NCBI GenBank assembly: GCA_963729605.1
Contig: CAVSNY010000007.1
Location: 416,001 to 480,000, forward strand
DNA: 64,000 nt
Reading direction: 5' to 3'
Source of the DNA: an uncultured Gammaproteobacteria bacterium
GTDB lineage: Bacteria > Pseudomonadota > Gammaproteobacteria > DRLM01
Shown here: positions 42,999 to 52,122 of the stretch, in pieces
Numbering within the stretch: position 1 is the first letter of the stretch
Layout of the letters: every line of letters begins with the position of its first letter
Position numbers and translations under genes: made by a program
Notes under the pieces: generated by a model
The model's input: the letters and a program-made list of their open reading frames with translations, nothing else
Database searches by the model: none
What the model was told of the DNA's origin: nothing

Positions 42999-43472
42999 GT
43001 GAAAGTCATCGTGCAAGAAGGGTTGTTCGATCCCTATCAAGTGACCCGTGATTATGAAACGCAGCACTTGCCGGTGGGCAAGCACGGCGCGGTCGTGACC
43101 TTTGTGGGCACCATGCGTGATTTCAATGATGGCCACAATGTGTCGGCGATGTTTCTTGAGCACTATCCGGGTATGACGGAGCGTCACATCGAGGCGGTGT
43201 GCCAGGAAGCGGCTGAAAAGTGGGATGTGATTGACTCCCTGGTGCTGCATCGCCACGGTGACATTTCCGTGAGTGAGCCCATCGTGCTGGTCGCGGTATG
43301 GTCGGCGCATCGCGCCCATGCCTTTGACGCCTGCCGTTACATCATCAACTACCTCAAAGAACGCGCGCCCTTTTGGAAACGCGAAGCCACTGCGCAAGGG
43401 CAGCGCTGGGTCGAGCACAATACCGAAGACCCGGGAGTCAATTCGCAGGGAACTAAGCAAAAAACGGCCTGA
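42999..43472 (+). CDS. moaE: Molybdopterin synthase catalytic subunit MoaE
   Basis: GAVVTFVG..R, EHYPGMTE, HR.G, SAHR, LKERAPFWK. GTG start. Confidence 0.95.
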   Translation: MKVIVQEGLFDPYQVTRDYETQHLPVGKHGAVVTFVGTMRDFNDGHNVSAMFLEHYPGMTERHIEAVCQEAAEKWDVIDSLVLHRHGDISVSEPIVLVAVWSAHRAHAFDACRYIINYLKERAPFWKREATAQGQRWVEHNTEDPGVNSQGTKQKTA

Positions 43473-43717
43473 TGTATTAGCGTTGGTCGTCATCAAGGGC
43501 TGTGTCTCCGGTTGGATCCGTGGATACGGCCCTTTGCTTTTATGGGGTGTGCCGACGCGGATGTGCGGGCGTCGATTTTTTTGTGGTGTTGTTGCCTTTA
43601 TGGGTTTCTCCCGGTTGATGTGTCGGATTATAGTTTGCAGAGCGGGGTGTGCGAGCGCTCTGACAAGGAGCTGCGTCGTGTCGCGGGTTGTTGATTTCCG
43701 GGAGCGGGAGAGAGTGT

Positions 43718-44179
43718 ATGAGTGATTTGGTGCGTTTCGGAGTATCCATTGAGGGCGAGTTGCTCGAGCGTTTTGATGAGCAGATACGTGAGAAGGGTTA
43801 TACCAATCGCTCCGAGGCGATCAGGGATTTAATCCGAGATCGCATTGTCAAGGAAGAGTGGGGCAGTGATGAAGAAACCGTGGGTACGATCACCATTGTA
43901 TACGATCATCACACCCGCGAATTGATGGGGCACCTGACCCACTTGCAGCATTCTTTCGAAGGCGAGATAAAATCCGTCCTGCATATTCATCTCGATCACC
44001 ATAATTGTCTTGAGGTGCTGGTAGTGCAGGGCAAAGGCCATTTGTTGAAGGCCTTCGCGGATAAGTTATCGAGCACACGGGGCGTTAAACATGGCACATT
44101 GGCAATGGCGACCACCGGTAAATTGATTCCGACCAAAAGTGGTCATCATGGGCATGATCATTCGGGGACGCATGAGTGA
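43718..44179 (+). CDS. nikR: Nickel-responsive regulator NikR with a His-rich tail
   Basis: RFGVSI, GYTNRSEAIRDLIR, YDHH, QH, HIHLDHHNCLE. Confidence 0.95.
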   Translation: MSDLVRFGVSIEGELLERFDEQIREKGYTNRSEAIRDLIRDRIVKEEWGSDEETVGTITIVYDHHTRELMGHLTHLQHSFEGEIKSVLHIHLDHHNCLEVLVVQGKGHLLKAFADKLSSTRGVKHGTLAMATTGKLIPTKSGHHGHDHSGTHE

Positions 44180-44193
44180 GACGGGAGTGACTG

Positions 44194-44859
44194 GTGTTTA
44201 GGCTATTGTTCAAAACAAGTTTAGTCGGATGGTCCGATGTTCAATCAAGTCGGCCGAACACCGTAGCGGCTGGGCGACACGGCGCGGTGGGTGCGTTATT
44301 CGCGCTCTTGTTTATGTCGGCGGGGGCCGCCCATGCCCATAAGGTGAATGTGTTCGCCTACCTGGAGGGCAACCAAGTCTACGTCCAGGGTTATTTCATG
44401 GACGGCAAAAAGGCCAAGAACAGCACGGTCATTGTTTATGGCGAAAAGGGTGAGCGATTAAGAGAAGGGGTCACCAACGAGGCGGGAGAATATGTCTTTC
44501 CAGTGTCCGCCAATGAGGGAATCCGGGTGGTACTCAATGCGGGCCAGGGTCATCAGGCCGAATATACGTTTTCAGCCGATGAGTTGGCTGGGGGTGGTGC
44601 TGCCCTCGCAGGCTCGGCCGCAGAGGTGAGTCCGGCGACGGAGACCAAGGACGTCGTCGTCAATCAGCCTGCGACGGGTGGCGACGATATGGCGGCCGTG
44701 GTGCGTCATGCGGTACAAGCGGGCATCCTGCCCCTGGTCCAGGAGATAGATGAACTCAAAGAAAGACGATCTTTTTCGGACATTGTTGGAGGCATTGGTT
44801 TTATCGTCGGCATCCTCGGGTTGTTCGCGTATGTGAAATCGCGAAAACAACTTAAATAA
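44194..44859 (+). CDS. NikL/CbiL-like periplasmic accessory subunit of the Ni ECF transporter (start uncertain)
   Basis: Signal peptide ending AHA|HKVNVFAY, G.GH motif, single C-terminal TM (DIVGGIGFIVG). Confidence 0.7.
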   Translation: MFRLLFKTSLVGWSDVQSSRPNTVAAGRHGAVGALFALLFMSAGAAHAHKVNVFAYLEGNQVYVQGYFMDGKKAKNSTVIVYGEKGERLREGVTNEAGEYVFPVSANEGIRVVLNAGQGHQAEYTFSADELAGGGAALAGSAAEVSPATETKDVVVNQPATGGDDMAAVVRHAVQAGILPLVQEIDELKERRSFSDIVGGIGFIVGILGLFAYVKSRKQLK

Positions 44860-45044
44860 GGCGGCTTTGTCGAGCGGATTGCCGAACATGCCGATGCTTT
44901 TTTTGAATGACAATAAATTAATTGATGTGTTACGCTGGTTTGCACACCGCGAGCAAGTCGCGTATCGCGTTATAAGGATAACGAGCAAGGACCCGTTATA
45001 ACTATCCGTTAAGTCGGAATATTTTCTCGGAGTCGCGGAGTCCA

Positions 45045-45680
45045 ATGCATATTTCTGACGGTATTCTCTCAGGTCCGGTTTTGGCGGCTGGCTTTGTGGG
45101 GACGGTGATAGTGGCCAGCCTCACCCTGCGCAAAATGGATATCGAAGAAATCCCCAAAGTGTCCGTGATTACCGCGGTATTTTTTGTCGCTTCCCTGATT
45201 CATGTGCCCATCGGGTTCAGTAGCGTTCACTTAATCCTCAATGGTTTGGCGGGCGTGGTGTTGGGTTGGCGCGCCTTTCCGGCGGTTCTCCTGGGGGTCA
45301 TTCTGCAAGCCATACTGTTTGGTCATGGCGGTGTCTCAGTCATTGGGGTGAATACGCTGATGCTGGGTGGTGGGGCGCTGGCGGCTTATGGTCTTTGGCA
45401 ATTGCGGCACTTCGTCTCGATGAGACGGAAAGAAGTCATCTTCGGCGCGTTGGCCGGCGGCGGGGCGTTGCTGGTGTCGGGGCTCATACTGTCCTTGGCC
45501 TTGGTGACCACCGGTGAGCAATTCCATGTGATGGCCGGCGCGGTGTTGCTGGCGCATATCCCCGTTATCATCGTAGAGGCTTTCGTCGTGGGAGCGGCCG
45601 CGGGATTTTTGGCCAAGGTTCGCCCGCAAATTTTGGCGGGCAATAGTACGCCTGCGCTGGCCGGCCGATCCTCTCCCTGA
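45045..45680 (+). CDS. cbiM: Ni/Co ECF transporter S component NikM/CbiM
   Basis: N-terminal MHISDG, SVHL, LFGHGG. Confidence 0.92.
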   Translation: MHISDGILSGPVLAAGFVGTVIVASLTLRKMDIEEIPKVSVITAVFFVASLIHVPIGFSSVHLILNGLAGVVLGWRAFPAVLLGVILQAILFGHGGVSVIGVNTLMLGGGALAAYGLWQLRHFVSMRRKEVIFGALAGGGALLVSGLILSLALVTTGEQFHVMAGAVLLAHIPVIIVEAFVVGAAAGFLAKVRPQILAGNSTPALAGRSSP

Positions 45681-45735
45681 ATGCAGTGAAATTTGTACCG
45701 TATGTTTTGGCTCCGGTTTCCTTGGACTTCCTTTC

Positions 45736-46524
45736 ATGCCATTAGATATTGATCGTTTCGCGCATGTGGCTTCGCCACTGCAGCGCTGGGACCCTAGATT
45801 GAAGCTGGCCTCGCTGGGAGTCTTGGTGATCGGTATCGCCTTGATGAAGACCGTGCCGATGGGCGTCGCCGCCTTGTTGAGCGCGCTGGTGTTGATCGGT
45901 TTGGCCGGTCTGCCGTCTTCCTTTGTCTTGCAGGGGGTGAAGTGGGTATCGGTATTTCTGCTGCCATTTTTGTTGATTATGCCTTTGAGTTACCCCGGCG
46001 AGCCGGCGTTTCACGTGTTGGGTTTGCCGTTTGCGTGGGAAGGTTTTCGCCTGGCGGTCTTGATAGTGATCAAAGCGCTGGCCATTGTGTTGTGCGCTTA
46101 CGCCATGTTCGGATCCAGCCGCTTTGATATTTCGATGATTGCCTTGCAGCGATTGAAGTGTCCGAAAATCATCGTGCAGATGCTGTTGTTCACGTATCGC
46201 TATGTCTTTGTGTTCCTGGCGGAGATGCAGCGCATGGACGTGGCGATGCGGGCGCGGGGTTTCATCAAACGTCCCGATCGCCGCACCATGCATGTGATGG
46301 GAAATTTCGTGGGTACCCTGCTGGTGCGCAGCTTCGAGCGCACGGAACGCATTTATAAAGCGATGTTGTCGAAAGGGTATCAAGGGGAATTTCATACCAT
46401 GGTGGTATTCAAGACCGATGGTAAAGATACGGTGAAGGCCGCGCTGGTATTATCGATCGCTGTGTTACTGCTGGGTGTGGATGTCGCCGGAATCTTTAAA
46501 GTCGCCGAACAAGGCTGGTACTGA
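45736..46524 (+). CDS. cbiQ: Ni/Co ECF transporter T component NikQ/CbiQ
   Basis: DPRLKL, TYRY, AMRARGF, RSFER.ERIYKAMLSKG. Confidence 0.92.
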   Translation: MPLDIDRFAHVASPLQRWDPRLKLASLGVLVIGIALMKTVPMGVAALLSALVLIGLAGLPSSFVLQGVKWVSVFLLPFLLIMPLSYPGEPAFHVLGLPFAWEGFRLAVLIVIKALAIVLCAYAMFGSSRFDISMIALQRLKCPKIIVQMLLFTYRYVFVFLAEMQRMDVAMRARGFIKRPDRRTMHVMGNFVGTLLVRSFERTERIYKAMLSKGYQGEFHTMVVFKTDGKDTVKAALVLSIAVLLLGVDVAGIFKVAEQGWY

Positions 46525-46551
46525 CGACCATGCGCTATGAGATAATAAGCA

Positions 46552-47571
46552 ATGACTGACGATATGGCGATTTGCGTGGAGGACGTGCATTTTACGTACC
46601 CTGACGGGCACGACGTACTGCGCGGCGTGTCGTGCCGGTTGCGTCCCGGCGAGAAGGTGGCCTTGATCGGTCCCAACGGCGCGGGCAAATCGACCTTCAT
46701 GAGCCTGCTGAATGGGGTGGAATTGCCCAGCCGCGGCCGGGTGAGCGTGGGCGGGATGGAGGTAAAAAAGGAAAACTTGACCGCGGTGCGGCGGAAAGTG
46801 GGTATCGTATTCCAAGATCCGGATGATCAGCTATTTTGTCCCACGGTCTTTGATGATGTGGCCTTTGGCCCCCTGAATCTGGGTTTGCCCACCGAGGAGA
46901 TTCGCGCCCGGGTAGCGGAATCCTTGGCCTTGGTCGGTCTGACGGGTTTCGAGGAGCGCTCGTCCTTTCATCTGTCTTTCGGTGAACGCAAGCGCCTGGC
47001 CCTGGCGACGGTGCTCTCCTATCAGCCGGACATTCTGGTGTTCGACGAGCCTTCCACCAATATGGACCCGCTCAACCGCCGCCGCTTGATCAGCTGGTTG
47101 CGGTCATCGGAAAAGACCATGTTGCTGTGTACCCATGACCTCGATATCGCCCTGGACGTCTGTAGCCGTTGTATCGTGCTGGTCAAAGGCGTCATCGTGG
47201 CCGACGGGCCGGCCAACGAAATTCTCTATGATCGCGCGTTGCTCGAGGCCAATAATCTGGAGTTGCCTTTGGCCCTGATGACGCACGAGTTGCTGCACGA
47301 AAAACTGCGCAGCGGACAAATGGACGATGAGCATCGGCGGATCATCGAGAGTTTTTTGCATGCCCACCGCCATGCCCATGGGCCGGATCAGCACGAGCAT
47401 GTCCACTTGCATGTCCATCCTCACGATCACGGCCATTTGCATCAGCATCCGCATGATGATCATATTCATCATCTGGAATACGGCGTGCAGTCATCGGAAC
47501 AGGTTTTATCGGAGAGTGGGGCGACGGACAAAGCCCAAGTCCGATATATTCCTGTACCTAAAAATAAATAA
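46552..47571 (+). CDS. cbiO: Ni/Co ECF ATPase NikO/CbiO with a His-rich C-terminal extension
   Basis: [29 protein letters not shown]. Tail has 18 His in 38 residues. Confidence 0.92.
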   Translation: MTDDMAICVEDVHFTYPDGHDVLRGVSCRLRPGEKVALIGPNGAGKSTFMSLLNGVELPSRGRVSVGGMEVKKENLTAVRRKVGIVFQDPDDQLFCPTVFDDVAFGPLNLGLPTEEIRARVAESLALVGLTGFEERSSFHLSFGERKRLALATVLSYQPDILVFDEPSTNMDPLNRRRLISWLRSSEKTMLLCTHDLDIALDVCSRCIVLVKGVIVADGPANEILYDRALLEANNLELPLALMTHELLHEKLRSGQMDDEHRRIIESFLHAHRHAHGPDQHEHVHLHVHPHDHGHLHQHPHDDHIHHLEYGVQSSEQVLSESGATDKAQVRYIPVPKNK

Positions 47572-47602
47572 GCTCATCTGCGCAGCTCGTAAAGGGGACA
47601 TA

Positions 47603-48235
47603 GTGAGACAGAAAGAAGCCGCTACGCGCATCATTTATGTCCGGCATGGCTTGACGGATTTTCCCGCCGATCGAATCTATTGCGATGACCGGGAAGATCC
47701 GGTTTTGAACGAGCGGGGGATTCAGCATGCGCGCGACGCGGCATCGCTCTTGGCGCAGCAAACGGTGGATGTCATTTATGCCAGCCCCAGTGCTCGAACT
47801 CGAATGACCGCCGATGAAATCGCAAAAACGACGGGAGTGGAAATTGTCGAAATGGCCGCGCTTCGCGAGCGCCGCTTCGGAATTTGGGATGGGCTTTATT
47901 TCAACGATATCGAGCAGAATTATCCAACCGAATACCAAGCATGGAAGCGTGACCTTGCCAATTATACTCCGCAAGGGGGCGAAACCATGGAGGCGCTGCT
48001 GCAACGGGCGGGCTCGGCCATTACTCAGATTGCACTTGAGCACCCCAACCAGACGGTAGTCGTCGTTTCACACGTCGGTCCAATCCGGGTTTGCGTGGCG
48101 GAGGCGCTTAAAGTCCCCTTGGCGTGGTATCGCCAGTTGCATATCGATTATGGTTCGCTGACTCGGGTGGATTATGGACGTAGCCAGAATAATATGATGT
48201 ACGCTAATTTAACGAGAGCACTTTTTCAGTATTGA
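47603..48235 (+). CDS. Histidine phosphatase (CobC/GpmB-like)
   Basis: GTG start after AAGGGG, RHG.T, SP..R, LRERRFGIWDG, GGE, VSH. Confidence 0.88.
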   Translation: MRQKEAATRIIYVRHGLTDFPADRIYCDDREDPVLNERGIQHARDAASLLAQQTVDVIYASPSARTRMTADEIAKTTGVEIVEMAALRERRFGIWDGLYFNDIEQNYPTEYQAWKRDLANYTPQGGETMEALLQRAGSAITQIALEHPNQTVVVVSHVGPIRVCVAEALKVPLAWYRQLHIDYGSLTRVDYGRSQNNMMYANLTRALFQY

Positions 48236-48303
48236 CATACGCTTGCAGTATTCTGGGTGCGCGTGTAGTGCGCAAATAGGCGAGGCCGGTATTTGAGCCT
48301 ATC

Positions 48304-48337
48304 TTGACAGGCCGCCTTCGATAATGTTAAACATTGT
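48304..48337 (+). promoter_or_regulatory. Promoter with palindromic operator AATGTTAAACATT upstream of the secreted-protein gene
   Basis: TTGACA at 48304 and the palindrome core at 48324-48334. Same layout at 51897-51926. Confidence 0.65.
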
Positions 48338-48571
48338 CGCACAGGGCTAAGGGACGCGGGTCTACCGGATCACAAGGTGGAGTCTTGACCTTCTGGTACG
48401 GATCGTGTTAGATAGGCTCAATAATGAAAATATCTCAAAACTAAAATTTTGAGAGTGGGTGGTAAGCTGTTTGGGGTGTTCAATTACATATACCTGAAAT
48501 AATTTCGGGCTAAAAACGCTAACCCGCGTCCGGGCGCGTATTTCTAAATAATGATAAAAGGAGGCATGCAA

Positions 48572-49456
48572 ATGCGTAGGGCAATTAAATTTGCGTTAAC
48601 AATGGGGTCGGCGGCGCTGATCGTGTCCGGGGCCACCATGGCCGGACCGCCGATAGCCTATGATCAATGGCAGGCTGTGGATGGGGATATCGTAAGTAGT
48701 ACTGATCCTAACGCAGCGGTCCCTTGTGCTCCTGGATACACTTGCGTTACCGGTGTGGCGGCCCTGGGGTTCTTGCAGCGTACTGTGACTGCGACTGATG
48801 GTACTCAATATTTCCAAACGATCATCACCGATGAAAATGCTACCGGAGCTCCTGGTGTGTTGCCTTTCTCGGATGAAAGTTTTGTGCGCAGTGGTTCCTC
48901 CGTAGGCGGCATTGCCGGTAAGCAGCGCGTCACGGATCTTGGCGTGACTAATCCGGGCCAAAATTTGACTACCCTCAACGAACTCAATATGGGTTGGGCT
49001 CAGGAAGTTGGTGCTAGCGCTAACCAGTTGGATTTGTCCCAGACGTTGACGGAAGACGCGGTTGGGTTCTCGACTGGGTTCCGTTTTTTCCGTCTCCCAG
49101 GGGTAGGCACTTTTAACGAGGGTCTGGAAATCAATCAGTCGGTATTGTTGCCGTCGGTTGATCCTACTTCGCCAACTAACCCGAATAATCCGGATAAGCA
49201 AGTGTTTACCTTACGTCAGTTGCAGGCGAGTGCCCCCGGCTCTGCCACTCTGGAGGGTTCTCCTAATCTGACGTGGGTAGCCAATGATAGGATTAAGGCC
49301 ATTTGGGTTGGGCAGAATATGCCTAGCACCGGCCAGGTGTTTGGTTTCCAAGCTCACGAAAATCTGACTACACAAACTCTCAGTAGCTTTTTCAGCTTGG
49401 CTGAGACGGGTCCTTGGACCTGGGCGCCGGTGTTTGGTACTGAGCCGTCGTTTTAA
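48572..49456 (+). CDS. Secreted beta-rich hypothetical protein, probably highly expressed
   Basis: AAGGAGG RBS, Sec signal ending ATMA|GPP, T-ending codon bias, own terminator, one Cys pair (CAPGYTC). Confidence 0.85.
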   Translation: MRRAIKFALTMGSAALIVSGATMAGPPIAYDQWQAVDGDIVSSTDPNAAVPCAPGYTCVTGVAALGFLQRTVTATDGTQYFQTIITDENATGAPGVLPFSDESFVRSGSSVGGIAGKQRVTDLGVTNPGQNLTTLNELNMGWAQEVGASANQLDLSQTLTEDAVGFSTGFRFFRLPGVGTFNEGLEINQSVLLPSVDPTSPTNPNNPDKQVFTLRQLQASAPGSATLEGSPNLTWVANDRIKAIWVGQNMPSTGQVFGFQAHENLTTQTLSSFFSLAETGPWTWAPVFGTEPSF

Positions 49457-49482
49457 TTTAGCATTCACTTAGTTAAGGTTGT

Positions 49483-49517
49483 AAAAAAAAGAGGGCGCGA
49501 GAGCGCCCTCTTTTTTT
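49483..49517. terminator. Strong bidirectional Rho-independent terminator
   Basis: A8-GAGGGCGC-GAGA-GCGCCCTC-T7. Confidence 0.92.
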
Positions 49518-49928
49518 ATATAAGAATGTTCAAATTAAATCTGTTGAATTGATGAAGTGCTGTATATCATGGCTGAAAAATAAGCTTTCATAGAAGAGGC
49601 CCTATTTTGGAACTTAAAATTTGGGTGGTTCTTGAAGGTATGAACTCATCTAGTTTATTCGAGTCTTCGATATTCATTTAAAGTAAGCGGGTCGTGTAGT
49701 CTGAAAGAGCGACGATTTAAGACTCATGCACAGCTTAGTGGGGACTTGATGAGTGACATTACAGGGAGGGCATACCTCCCTTTATTGTTTTAAAGGGCCG
49801 GATCAAGGTTGATAGACTTATCCTCTGGAGAGCATGGACGATATCGTTATACAATAAAAATCCATGGGGTATCGTGCTTGATCGTAGCTATAATTATCAA
49901 TACATTGCCTTAATAAAGAGGGGGTCTA

Positions 49929-50939
49929 GTGAGCGCGCAAAATCAGTGGAATGGTCCTGATCCGATGGCGGTGATGCGCATTGCTTCCGCTTATTGGAAC
50001 TCCAGCGTCCTGCATGTGGCGCATAGTTTAGATGTGTTTACAGCGTTGGCGGCCGGCCCGGCGACGGCGGTTGACGTCGCGAAAAAATGCCACGCGGACG
50101 AACGTGGGATGGAGTTGATTTTAATCGCCTGTGTTGGCTTGGGCCTGCTGGAAAAGCATGACGGTAAATTCAGTAATGGGCCGGTGGCGCAGACCTTTTT
50201 GGTGAAAGGCGCCCAGCGTTATCAGGGAGGCATTGTCTCGATGTTCGCCGACTGGGTCGCCCCCTGGTCGAAGCTGCGGGATGCGGTAATTCAGGGCCAG
50301 CCGGTGGTTCAAAAGCAGCATGACCATGGTGAAGAGGCGACGCACACTTACATCATGGGTATGTTGTATCGCGGTATCCCGCAGGCATGGCTGCTGGCCG
50401 AGGAAGTGCCGTTGCAGGGGCGCAAAAAACTGCTCGACGTGGGGGGAGGGCCTGGTATCTTTTCCATCATCCTGTCGCAAAAAAATCCTGGGCTTATGGC
50501 GGATGTACTGGACCTGCCGCAGACTTTGCGAGTCACCCGCGACATTATTAAAGACTTTAACGCCCAAAGCAGGGTCAATACCAAGGAAGGCAGTTACCTC
50601 GAAGATGATTTCGGCAAAGGTTATGACGTAGTGTTGTTGTCTTCGATGATCAGCCAGGAAGGACCCGATGTCATCAAGGCGATCATTCGCAAGTCATTCG
50701 ATGCCATGGAATCGGGCGGGGTAATTTTGATTCAGGAGCAATTCTTGGATACGGATAAATCAGGCCCCTTGCTCCCGGCGTTAATCGGCATCAACCAGTT
50801 AATTCATACCCCGGCGGGCCGCGCGTATTCCGCTAAGGAAGTGGCGGATTGGGCGGATGAGATAGGCTTCAAGAATTTGAGCTTCCGCCCTCTGCCTGAA
50901 CCAAGTCCCTTCACCTTGATCCAAGGTACGAAGCCATAA
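49929..50939 (+). CDS. O-methyltransferase family 2 protein (dimerisation domain plus SAM domain)
   Basis: Winged-helix N-terminus (LDVFTAL...GP.T), LLDVGGGPG, DLP, YDVVLLS. GTG start after GAGGGGG. Confidence 0.88.
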   Translation: MSAQNQWNGPDPMAVMRIASAYWNSSVLHVAHSLDVFTALAAGPATAVDVAKKCHADERGMELILIACVGLGLLEKHDGKFSNGPVAQTFLVKGAQRYQGGIVSMFADWVAPWSKLRDAVIQGQPVVQKQHDHGEEATHTYIMGMLYRGIPQAWLLAEEVPLQGRKKLLDVGGGPGIFSIILSQKNPGLMADVLDLPQTLRVTRDIIKDFNAQSRVNTKEGSYLEDDFGKGYDVVLLSSMISQEGPDVIKAIIRKSFDAMESGGVILIQEQFLDTDKSGPLLPALIGINQLIHTPAGRAYSAKEVADWADEIGFKNLSFRPLPEPSPFTLIQGTKP

Positions 50940-50954
50940 CTGTTGATAGGTGCT

Positions 50955-51788
50955 ATGGTGTATTCGTTTTTGAAACATGCCATCCGCTGGCTTGCCGTGT
51001 TTGGGGCTGCGGTTCCAATGATATCCCACGCCGCTGATGTTTCCGCTCCCGCGCCTGAGGGGCGGGAGATCATGGAGCGCTGTAATAGCAAGTATCCGGG
51101 TGAAGACCAGCGTTCACGTTTGACCATCATCTTGCGCGATAAGGACGGCAACGAAAAAAAGAACGTGTATCGCCGTCTCTGGAAGGATTTTCGTGGAGTG
51201 GATGGTGTCGCTGATAAAATGATGTTGTTCACAGAATTTCCTCCTGACGCGCAAGGCGCCGGTTTTATGCGTTGGGGGTATACGGCCGCGTCGGGGCGTA
51301 TCGCGGATCAGTGGATATACCTTCCCGTATTGAAAAAGATTCGCCGTGTCTCGATTCGAGATCCGGGAGATAGTTTTTTGGGTTCTGATCTCACCTACGC
51401 GGACATCAGTGAGCGTAGCTTGGATGCCGATCAGCATCGCTTAATACGGACCATGCCCAACGGCAATGAACAGATTTATGCGGTTGAGAGTGTGCCGGTG
51501 AATAAGGGCGGTGCTCTATATAGTAAAACCGTATCTTGGTTTACTAAGGGGCAGGATTGGGACGGCTGCATGAAGCGGCAGGTCGATTATTACGATAAAA
51601 AAGGCGAGCCTATCAAGCAGCAACTAATCAAATGGCAGCGGGTAGACAAGGCCTGGGTTTGGGATGAAGTGACTGTCCGCAACGTTCAAACCGGCCATTC
51701 GTCGGTGTTCCAGGTGACGGATGTAAAAGTGAATGTAGGTTTGCGTGACGATGAATTTACGGAAAGGGCATTGAGGACCAGTCAATAA
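50955..51788 (+). CDS. Outer-membrane lipoprotein-sorting (LolA-like) periplasmic protein
   Basis: Signal peptide, F..PPD..G, DQWIYLP.LKKIRRVS, SFLGSDLTYAD, YYDKKG. Confidence 0.85.
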   Translation: MVYSFLKHAIRWLAVFGAAVPMISHAADVSAPAPEGREIMERCNSKYPGEDQRSRLTIILRDKDGNEKKNVYRRLWKDFRGVDGVADKMMLFTEFPPDAQGAGFMRWGYTAASGRIADQWIYLPVLKKIRRVSIRDPGDSFLGSDLTYADISERSLDADQHRLIRTMPNGNEQIYAVESVPVNKGGALYSKTVSWFTKGQDWDGCMKRQVDYYDKKGEPIKQQLIKWQRVDKAWVWDEVTVRNVQTGHSSVFQVTDVKVNVGLRDDEFTERALRTSQ

Positions 51789-51896
51789 GCGGCTATTGAT
51801 GTGTCGGTATCAAAGCCCCCTTCCCTCGATATTTCATGATCTAATGTAGTTTTGGCGACGCGGCAGCCCCGAGCTGACCATCGCCACGTTGTGCTG

Positions 51897-51929
51897 TTGA
51901 CGCGAGCGTATAACAATGTTTAACATCGC
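51897..51929 (+). promoter_or_regulatory. Promoter with palindromic operator ATGTTTAACAT upstream of the RHH gene and export operon
   Basis: TTGACG at 51897. ACAATGTTTAACAT (51913-51926) is the exact reverse complement of 48324-48337. Confidence 0.65.
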
Positions 51930-52122
51930 GTTCGGCAATAAAGACGGGTTGGTTTGAGTCTCCGCTCTAACAAGGAATGTGGGATGTGAGTTTTAGGGGG
52001 GGCGGCTTCAAAGCGTCTTATCACAGCGAGAGGTGTATTGCATGTATGAATCGACCAGGCGGCCACGGATGCGCGGGCCGCGGCAAGGGCCGGTTGCGCG
52101 GGATCAGGCCCTTGCTATTGCC

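Noticed and set aside
43496-43700. Metal-sensing riboswitch between moaE and nikR
   Set aside because: Small hairpins are present but no recognisable NiCo or cobalamin riboswitch core. It could be a repeat remnant.
44920-44960. NikR operator before nikM (GTGTTAC half-site)
   Set aside because: There is no matching second half-site at the expected spacing.
45045-48235. Cobalamin biosynthesis locus (cbiMQO plus cobC)
   Set aside because: There are no other cob/cbi genes or B12 riboswitch, and NikR sits directly upstream. It remains an alternative only if uptake proves Co-specific.
48572-49456. Multiheme cytochrome or type IV pilin identity for the secreted protein
   Set aside because: It has no CxxCH motif and no class III prepilin cleavage motif.
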